From Saccostrea echinata (lineage: Eukaryota): DNA of 64,000 nucleotides. The notes beneath the pieces are model-generated. The model was not told the origin of the DNA. It was given only the letters and a program-made list of their open reading frames with translations, and ran no database searches. Where the stretch lies: assembly GCF_033153115.1 (NCBI RefSeq), contig NW_026889779.1, forward strand, positions 18,166,001 through 18,230,000. Direction: 5' to 3'. Positions 55,106 through 64,000 of this stretch are shown in pieces. Position 1 is the stretch's first letter, and each line of letters opens with the position of its first letter. A program made the translations under genes and the position numbers.

Positions 55106-56784
55106 ATGACCCTCTTAGTTGACGAGGAATTAGCATTATCAACAGACGAAATATCAAAGGAAACAGTTCCAGAACAATTAAAAACAAAACGAAGAAGATG
55201 CCGAAAGTCCATCATTGTGTCTATTATGTCAGCAGCAGTATCCATGGTGACGTTTCTTGCTTTTGTGGGAGTTCTCGTCTATGTCCGAAATGTTTTTAAG
55301 ACATCTCTGGAAGATCACTGGAAATTGGTGAGTTTTCTATAAATAATGTATATATTAATTTGAATGGAAAAAATAATGACTTAATTAAAGTTATCAATTT
55401 TTAAACACTAGTTCAATTCCATAAATATCTTCCATTTCGTTATAGACGGAGACCCTTCCGCAATTTTCTCCTAATCTAAGAACTGAGAATTGAAGTTTTT
55501 GCAGATTAAGAATTCATTGTTTATACAGATTACGGAAAGGGATAGTTTATAAACGTGATATTGTAACTATATTTATCATGTTTATATCTTTTCATAGCCA
55601 CACAACACTCCAGCATATTCTCGGAACGAATCGTTTCACGGGAATTTTCCTGTGGCGTACATGGTTCTAGACACGACTTCGTTATCAGGTCAGTAGGCTA
55701 TAGGAATTAAGATCAATCTTTCTTATTATGATTAAAAAATAAATTATTTTATCTATTAATTAAATATATATGCATACATCGATTGATTTTGCGGTTTGAA
55801 AAATAGATTATTCGTACAATGTAGTAGACCTTTAAAAAAAAATGTGACCCTATCCCGTAAAAGAGTAAAAAATGCATGCCATGCAGTCATGCGAAGAACA
55901 CAGTTTCATTGTAAGTCACGTAGGCCTCTACTTGTTAGCATTTTTTCTGAGATATATGAGTTACGCACGGCTGAAGTTAGCTATTTTTTTCTGAGATAAG
56001 TGAGTTACGTATTTGTTGATGATTTTTCTGAGATGCATGTATGAGTTTTATATGTTACAATAGTTAACCTGTGTAATACTTACTTAGTATATCTTAGTTG
56101 TATAAGAAGTTTCTAAAAATATACACGTAGTGATATTTGGGTGTTAGCGGGGGATTTCCTCGATACGTTTTTAAACAGCTTAGATATTAAAAGACACTGA
56201 TATTAATTTTTTTAAAAATCTTTATGGGGTATTTGAATTAATCGGTTTATGATTTAAATGGCAATTCATTTGTACTTCACTTCGAAGAGTTTTATTATAG
56301 CTATTAAATTTTTATTAAATTAGGTATTTAAAAGCATTGGGTATTTTTTTTTTATTGGAAATAATTAAATCAATGGACATATACTTTTCATATCACCGTA
56401 GATGGACACGAGTTTCTAAGATGGAAAAATTACAAAAACCAGACATACACCAAGGGAGGACTAACGTACTCCAGTGGATTCTTTATAATCCCCAAAAGTG
56501 GTTTTTACGACCTTCACTCGACACTGAGCATTGAGACGCATCTTAAGGCAGGCATGGGCGATGTCATGATTTACAGCTGCATTGTGACGTCATCAGGAAT
56601 TACCTTAGGCTGTAACCGAATGAGGCAGAAGAAGGGATGGGCAGGACATAGCGAAATCTTAGTGCTCTCCAGGTGGTTAGAGAAAGGGGAGAGAATCGGC
56701 GTGACTCTGGCACCAAAGTCCACGAAATCTCTGATACACGGCAACCCGACAGAAAACACCTTTGTAATTCGACAAATTAGATAG
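55106..56784 (+). CDS. TNF-superfamily ligand, type II membrane protein, 231 aa
   Basis: Exons 55106-55327, 55598-55688, 56402-56784. Basic stretch then TM helix; TNF homology motifs PVAYM, LRW, GLTYSSG.FIIPKSGFY, LEKGERIGV, ENTFVI. Confidence 0.85.
56150..56159 (+). promoter_or_regulatory. Candidate NF-kB site in TNF intron 2
   Basis: GGGGATTTCC matches GGGRNNYYCC exactly. Confidence 0.4.
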
Positions 56785-58000
56785 CATACGTACATATTTT
56801 TAAAATCTTTTTAACCTTTCTTATTGCTTGTTATATGTTTTCCTGAATTCTTCTTAACAGAAGAAATTTAAAAACTAATAAAATGAATTTATTTAGACTA
56901 TGTTTTAATCACGAATACATGCATATGTATATATTATATGCCCATACAGTACCCATACATGTACCGAGCTCCGCCCACATGTCCTTCGTACACGTATCAT
57001 TTATTTTAGTGCCCTTTATAATATAATAAAGTTATAAGTAATGACATGTCTTTGTATTTATTATTATTTTCAACTGTATAACATTCTTATCAAAAGAAAA
57101 TAAGGGAAAAGAAAACTCAGAAATTGATTTGGGATAAAAAGGACCGGCGGATTCAAGAATGTAAAAAAAAATCTATTTGAAAGACAAAAAAGTTGTAACA
57201 AATGATAAATTAAACAACTAATTAACTAGTGCACGTGCACTCAAATTTTAGCACAATCGTCATCTTCCACTGAGCAGCGCAATCATAAATTAGCGCATTA
57301 TAGTCTTTTAAATAACGAGTTGTATTGGTTATAAATCACATAAATTAGTGAACAAGAAGCAGCACGAATGGCGCTAAAATATAATTACAGCTAAAATTGG
57401 TCCGAATTAATCATCATCGGCAACAAAGACCAACTGCTAGCCAGGATCTCTAAAGATCAAGAGATGTAGATGTAGGATATTAGGCCTTGGATTGAAACCA
57501 GCACATACAGAATTAAACTAAAACTAAAAAGTTATTTAACTTTATCAGGATTTTTTTTAATAATCACCGGTCCTAAACACAATGCGATACATCATTGTTA
57601 AAAAGAGAAATTCGACTTTTCAAGTAATTCACCAAAATATGATACTCAGTCCTTTTAAGCAAAATTGCCTACTCTTTAGGAGCCCTTGGACATAATGCAG
57701 TCGTTTCTTGTTGGAGCTTGATGCTACTGATATATTACAGTCGTTTTTCTCTTTATATTAATAAGAAGGGTGTTCTTATCCCACAGTTTGTTGTTAAATG
57801 TACCTACTATCCAGTGTGACCAGAGACTTAAAAAGTTGAACACACGAAAACTCTGACATTTAAATAAATCCAAAAAGAAAACAGAAAATTCGTAACTTAA
57901 ATGAAAATAATAAAATTGCCAGCCGAATATTTTTACCCCTCTAAAGCATATTACAAGTAGGAACACTAATTTATAGGGACGCAAGGCTTATACACCGATA

Positions 58001-61000
58001 ATGGGGCTGTGGCCATGTAGATTCTGTCTGGTACAACTGATTTTTCTACTGGCTTACTTTGAAGGTAAGCACTTTGCACACATATATGTCTGTCTAAAGT
58101 TGCGGTACATGTATATGCCTTTTTAGAACAACATCAAAGCCCAGAGGTATTTCTGCTTTATAATTCTCTTCATATGGTTTCATAATTCACTATATACTCT
58201 TACATTTAGGATTAACATTTTATATCATTTTGAATAAATCCTCTAACTGATTTTAAATCTTCAGTGATTCAATATGTATAGAATCATCAAATGAATTTTA
58301 TATTTTAGAGGTCCATGTTTGCTCTGCGCCTAGTATGTATTGTACCAGTGGACTTTGTGCATGATTACTCTCCGTTATTTTAACATTTCATACACATGTA
58401 TACAACTAGTTTTGTGTTTTCTCTCCCCAAGTCTTTTAGGATACAATTACAAACTTAGGAAATTCTTTTTATCACATTTTTTTTAAAAACTTAAATATAG
58501 TTTGATCCCAACTGTATTTGTACCTATGACATCACAATGTGACGGAATAAAAAAGTTTGGAAAATAAGAAAAGTCTCCTCCGACAGATATATATGTATTC
58601 AGTGTACGTTGAATAAACATTGATAAAATCTGTTAATTCCCACATTCACTAAAGTCGTAATACTCTTCTATTATACATGTACTAGCGAAGGGGACAAAAC
58701 TCTGATTGTCCCCAGGATCAATCCACCATTACATGTACACCACTACATGTAACTCAAAGTGCCATGATCATTGGCATTCTCTGAATAATCTCTGATATTT
58801 GTTCTTAAGGATAAATAACACAAACTTTTGTTTCAGAAATCAGTGATATTGCTCATAGATTTATATTGAAATAGGTTACCTGAATAATAATTGCCGGGTA
58901 AAGTCTGAGATTTTGTCATAATGTTTAAATTAATTATGTGCAAAATTTAGTATATATAGAATTACACAGAAAACAACACAAAGTAGCATATATCTAAGCA
59001 CCAAAGAAAACTTCCGATTTCTTTATATTTTAGGGATTTGTTATTTATGTCATTTCTATTCAAAATCAGTCAAAAAATATTTATCAATTCGTGCATCAAA
59101 ATTTTGTTTGTGTTATGTGTGATCTTTAAGAGTTAGGAATAGGCCTCTGCGCTCATGCAGTNNNNNNNNNNNNNNNNNNNNNNNNNNNNNNNNNNNNNNN
59201 NNNNNNNNNNNNNNNNNNNNNNNNNNNNNNNNNNNNNNNNNNNNNNNNNNNNNNNNNNNNNNNNNNNNNNNNNNNNNNNNNNNNNNNNNNNNNNNNNNNN
59301 NNNNNNNNCACTGTTCCTTTTCTTATAATTCTTTTTATTTTCTCCTATTACAGGGGCCCTGACAATCACTTGTAAGACTTTCTATTCCTCCAACAGCTCC
59401 CTGTTTTACTACGAGTATTGCTCTGTCGGTTGTTGTGGATCTGAACGAAGTCGGAAGTGCTGCTCCGCGGATAAGTAAGCCTGTGTAATAATTGAAATCA
59501 ATCTGGCTTTAACGCCCTTAAGCTTTTCTGTTTTACTCTGTGTTTTACAATATAAACTTGATTTATATCTCAAAGTAAAAAGTACAGACTTGTGTATGAC
59601 CTTGTATTGCTTCTCTTTGACAGCACGGGCGCCATCGTAGGCGGTGTGGTGGGGGCTCTGGTCTTCTTTCTCATTGTATCCGTGGTGATGTTCATATGTT
59701 GGCAAAGCAACAAGAAATCAAAACAGCTTGTCGATGTAGAACCCGAAATAGGTATATGTTTGCAGAAATATATTTAATGTGCGTTTTATGCCGAAGAAGG
59801 AAGAAAAAGATATATGCTCGTGATTATGTGGCGAAATTGTACTATTGTGTTTGGAAACTAGCTCCAGAATGCCAAGGATTAGTGATTATCCGACAAAGCC
59901 TTGAAATAATGAAGATGCTTGCAGGAAAACTGAAAATATTTGTATTGCTTCTAAAATCTGACATAAGTGTAAATATACATCTATTGTGCTTTTGAAACTG
60001 TATCTCCGGAACTGAAATATAAGTACATGTACATAGAAGAGATGTTAATTCACTGTAGATCACTAAATTTTTGCAACACCTTTTTTTTCGCGAGGTAGAC
60101 ATGTACTTTTTATTGGCGAGACAAAATTTTCACGAATTGTGGTTACTACTGTATATAATCTTAAGGAATACTAATATACGCGAGAATGATATTTTCGCGA
60201 GCACACTGTCTCGCGTAATTACGCGAAAATAAAGTTCTCGCGAATAAAAAGTGATTTACGGTACATTATCAAATATGCGCGAAAGCTAAGACGCGAGTCT
60301 AAATATATAATAAGCTGTAATAAATACATGAATTGAACTTGACACATGTCAGTGCATGCATATCCTAACATAGGATGAAACTAAACCACGCCATCCAGTC
60401 CAATGTATATTTAATGAAAGGTTTGGAAAGTTGACTGAATGGTAGAGCTCTGCAATTCAGTCAACTTTCAGTTAATTTTTAGTCTTTTTTTAACTTAACT
60501 GATTGGAATGCTTGATTTTGAGTAAAACTTGAGCTAAACTTTACATTATTTTATATATCTTTTATATGAAATATTTTCTTGTTGGGACGTCATCAACTTC
60601 CGTACTTGCATGGCAATTATGGTCAGTGAGCAATGAGTTTTTTTAAACACTCTCATTCGAAGGACCAGTTTCCGTATCCCTCTTTGGGATTCCAACTCGC
60701 AATCTGTTGCCAAATTAGTGTAAAAAAAAAATTGGTGCCATGGGAAAATATTTGTTAAAATACGACCCATCGATGTGTTGTACGTTTGTATTTTCAAACA
60801 AGGTCATTTTAAAGACCACATAAATTGTGATATGCTTTTTAAAACGAGTTTGTTGAAATCTTTGTAATATTAACTTGTTTGGTCACAATCCTTCATTGAT
60901 TTGAAAATTGATTGTACTCAGAAATTGCTCTTTATCGAATTAGTTAAGAGACATAAGCACCATTTGCAGGCAATAGCTAGTGCAACACTACTGCATACAT

Positions 61001-61298
61001 AAGGGAAACAAAGTTGACGATGGAAATCTGTTTTTTTTTTCTTACAGACGAGTTTGGATACGAATTAGAGGTTATGGGTGATATGCATCCATATCAAACC
61101 GGAAGTGAACCGTTCAACTCTCCTGTCTCTCCCAGTCACCTTCATGGAGACTTTCGTCATGGTGACATTGACACAGAAACATTTCCCAAACAACACGGAT
61201 GCCCCCCACCTGGATACGACGAGACCGTCCCCCCGATGTCTCCCCCGCCAACTTACAAGGAGAGAGAAGATACTGTAATATCGGAAGAACGTTATTGA
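58001..61298 (+). CDS. CYYR1/shisa-like single-pass membrane protein, ~187 aa
   Basis: Exons 58001-58064, 59354-59474, 59624-59751, 61048-61298. Signal peptide, six-Cys ectodomain (C...YC..GCCG.....CC), TM GAIVGGVVGALVFFLIV, tail with PPGY and PPTY. Confidence 0.85.
59162..59328. other. Assembly gap in an intron of the CYYR1-like gene
   Basis: N run. Confidence 0.99.
60053..60263. mobile_element. Degenerate Tc1/mariner-type MITE
   Basis: ctgtagatcact / agtgatttacgg ends; many tcgcga/cgcgaa motifs. Confidence 0.6.
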
Positions 61299-62254
61299 TT
61301 CTGTGTGGGATTTGGGTTTATGGAGGGCATTCTGGGACTTAATGAAACTTTTGCACTAAAAACTGATTGATTAAGTCCCCTCTAGGGAATCAAGAGGTTC
61401 TTTAAAGGGCAATATTTATTAAAATTTTGGGGGAAATTGTGACAGAATTTTTATTCTGCTCTAAAACAAAATTATCTGAACATGATAATGATATATTAAG
61501 TAAACACGACCGTGTATATAATGATATTAAATGAAAATATACTGACTGCGTATCCGTAATTCTAGAGTGAATGGTACTTAGGGTTCACCGATGAAAAATC
61601 ATTTTGCACTTTGGTAAAATCACTCAAATATTAATACCTCCCTTGTCAGTTATGTATTACTTAAATACATTTTATTTGTATTGCTTGTGTATGAAAAACG
61701 TATAAATATATAAAAACATTTGGTATAGTCTTTTGTGAGTTTGTTTTGTGATGAAAGCACGGAAGGGACACCTCTGATTGGTGTGTTTTAATGATGATTT
61801 TTTTTAAATCAGTTTTTAGTTATATACTTTTAACATTCCAGTCAATGGAAGTGAATTTGATTTACGGTATATCCTAATCTATATATACTAAATTAAAAAA
61901 AAAAACTTCAAAGAAATCCCCACAAAGATACACTGCAGACTCCAATTAATGTAGAACTACAAATTAAGCCTCTATCTGAACTCGATCCTCGCGGCAACGA
62001 GTTATAATTCAAGAAGTGAACTCAAAATAACATTCAGGAAATTGAAATTATAAAATGTTACCAACATCAAAACGTATGAAAGTTGAAAAGATGTATTGTA
62101 CATTATACTAGCTATTCTTGTTTAAAGTTTTTTCCCTCATCCCTAGGCCTGTTTTACCGAACTTGTTGAATATTAAATAAAATACTTATAGATTTTGGTC
62201 CTTATTTATCGAAATTAAGTAAACATGAGAATTTTCTACACTTTATAAAACCAT

Positions 62255-62289
62255 CAGAGACCTATATACTATTAGTATATAGGTCCCTG
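62255..62289. mobile_element. 35-bp palindromic micro-element with flanking duplication
   Basis: cagagacctatatacta-t-tagtatataggtccctg flanked by ATAAAACCAT on both sides. Confidence 0.75.
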
Positions 62290-63037
62290 ATAAAACCATT
62301 TCTCAAAGATACTTACTGACGTCATGGACAACAGCTTTTTAAAGAATATTCCAATAAAAACAAGAAAAATTTAACTCAACAGTTTTCATATATAAAAAAA
62401 AAATCCTGTTCCACTCCACTCGTGAAATAAATTCCATATCCAACTACAAAACATTGAATATCCTCTAGCTATATTCATATTCTGCTAGATGCACACGCTA
62501 TGATTTTGAATGAAACAAAGGAGTTAAATCTACTTGGAATTTGTCTTTTCTTTCCCAGAAAAAAAAGAAACACTCTGTAAACACCTTTATAAAGAAGAAA
62601 ATCCAACATCACGAAACAAATCTGAAAGGATTAGCAAACGCATTAAACTGGTGGCCTTTTGTCAACATTGAGTACCAGTTCACAGAAATAAACATGGCGG
62701 GTGACAACACCACCACCGGTTTGGAAAACTATTTGCACATCATTTTCCCACAACCATGCTATGATGAGTATTTTGTGAAATTTAATTTCTTTCACGGTAC
62801 GACTTTTATTTTATTCTAAACAGATTTAAACGAAATTATTCTTGGTTTAGTCACAAAAGAAAAAAAAAACAACTGTGATCAAAGTCCTCTTTACTCGAAT
62901 TTCCTCGAGCCATTTCTTATGAGTATACAAACAATCGACTGATGGACATTAACACTGTCAGAGTTCAAAATTGTGTGATATTAAATAAAGATCCCTCAGT
63001 CCAGATATATTGCATAGATTTTTTAAACTGATCTTAA

Positions 63038-63495
63038 TCATCATCATCATTTATTTGTTATCATATGTCATCATACATAAAACAAATACACATAAATATA
63101 CATAATCATTTGAAAGACAATATTTGAGAATCCATAAATTTTAAATAGATTTATAAAAAGATATTCAGGAAACCATATTTTAGATAGTGACTAGTTGATA
63201 CCAGGATAACCCATTAAAGCTGGAGAGCTTATTTCCAATGGGGTCCTACCCTAAATAAGATAAAAATACAATGTTTCATCATTAAAGCACTATAACAATT
63301 TTTGGCACTATAATTTTAGCACTGCATTGCTTAAACGTTAAATTTAATTTAAGTATGACAACATATAGGATCAATAAAATAATACAATATGTTTTATAAG
63401 TTAATGCTGAAACATATCACTTTCATGTTCTAAAATGCCGTTTTGTAAGATAAAACTCTTAACTTGTTTCTTAAAAGTACTCTTTCCTTTAGTAC
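63038..63495 (-). mobile_element. 3' fragment of a CR1/L2-type LINE
   Basis: Minus strand: KGKSTFKKQVKSFI (ORF2-end-like), stem aggaccccattgga...aatgggttatcct, AATAAA and (tga)n tail. Confidence 0.6.
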
Positions 63496-63521
63496 ATGAT
63501 CAAACAGTTAATGAGATCAAA

Positions 63522-64000
63522 CAGGTCCGGCACAATCTCTTGATTTAGCTTTATAGCTTGATTTAGCTATGTAGATTGATTTTGCTATATAGCTTTATTA
63601 AGCTATTCAGAATAGCTTGATTTAGCTATTTTATCACACGTTTCTCGTAAATGTGTTATTTTCTCAGCATGCACAAAAAGTCGCACCTTGGTGCAGTGAT
63701 GATATTCAACCTTGAACTCTTCTGAAAATATTGCATGTAAAAATTACTTAATAAATTGCATCTCCTTATTAATAAGAGACTTTGCACTCATAGTTCTAAA
63801 ATTTTTGGGGCTATATAAAGCAATTGATACAGTTACTTCTTCATTGAAATTATAAAAGAGGCCAATTATGGTCAACAAGATAATTGATTGATAATAATTC
63901 AGTACAATGAGAAGCAATCATACTTATCCACGCCTCAACGCACACAAGGTGGTGTACAGTCACTCAAACAATGGAAATTCATCTTTTGCTTAAAAGTATT
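63522..64000. mobile_element. Second, inverted copy of the 14818-15497 MITE (runs off the window)
   Basis: Reverse-complement match to ~15040-15497. Confidence 0.93.

Overview
AT-rich, intron-containing animal DNA from a draft assembly (3 N-gaps). The repeat families (Helentron/HINE-like elements with ~166-179-bp satellite units, tRNA-SINE, many MITEs) point to an oyster (Ostreidae) or related bivalve; this is an inference. Bases 1-23.6 kb have no intact gene and form a nest of tandem repeats and non-autonomous DNA transposons, many with readable TIRs and TSDs. Bases 24-61.3 kb hold five spliced genes that I rebuilt by hand with consistent exon phases: a TRIM E3 ligase with RING-Bbox-Bbox-coiled coil-filamin-SPRY/B30.2 domains (-), GRTP1/TBC1D6 (+), ATP6AP2 (-), a TNF-superfamily ligand (+) and a CYYR1/shisa-like PPxY membrane protein (+). 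No CRISPR array, rRNA or prokaryotic system is visible, and I cannot claim a wholly new biological system. The best leads are the unusual TRIM architecture (with a GC-AG intron), two CAGG-ended transposon families with 5-bp TSDs, an IS3EU-like element, a 6.8-kb CACTA-like element with decayed exon-like cargo, and small palindromic elements.
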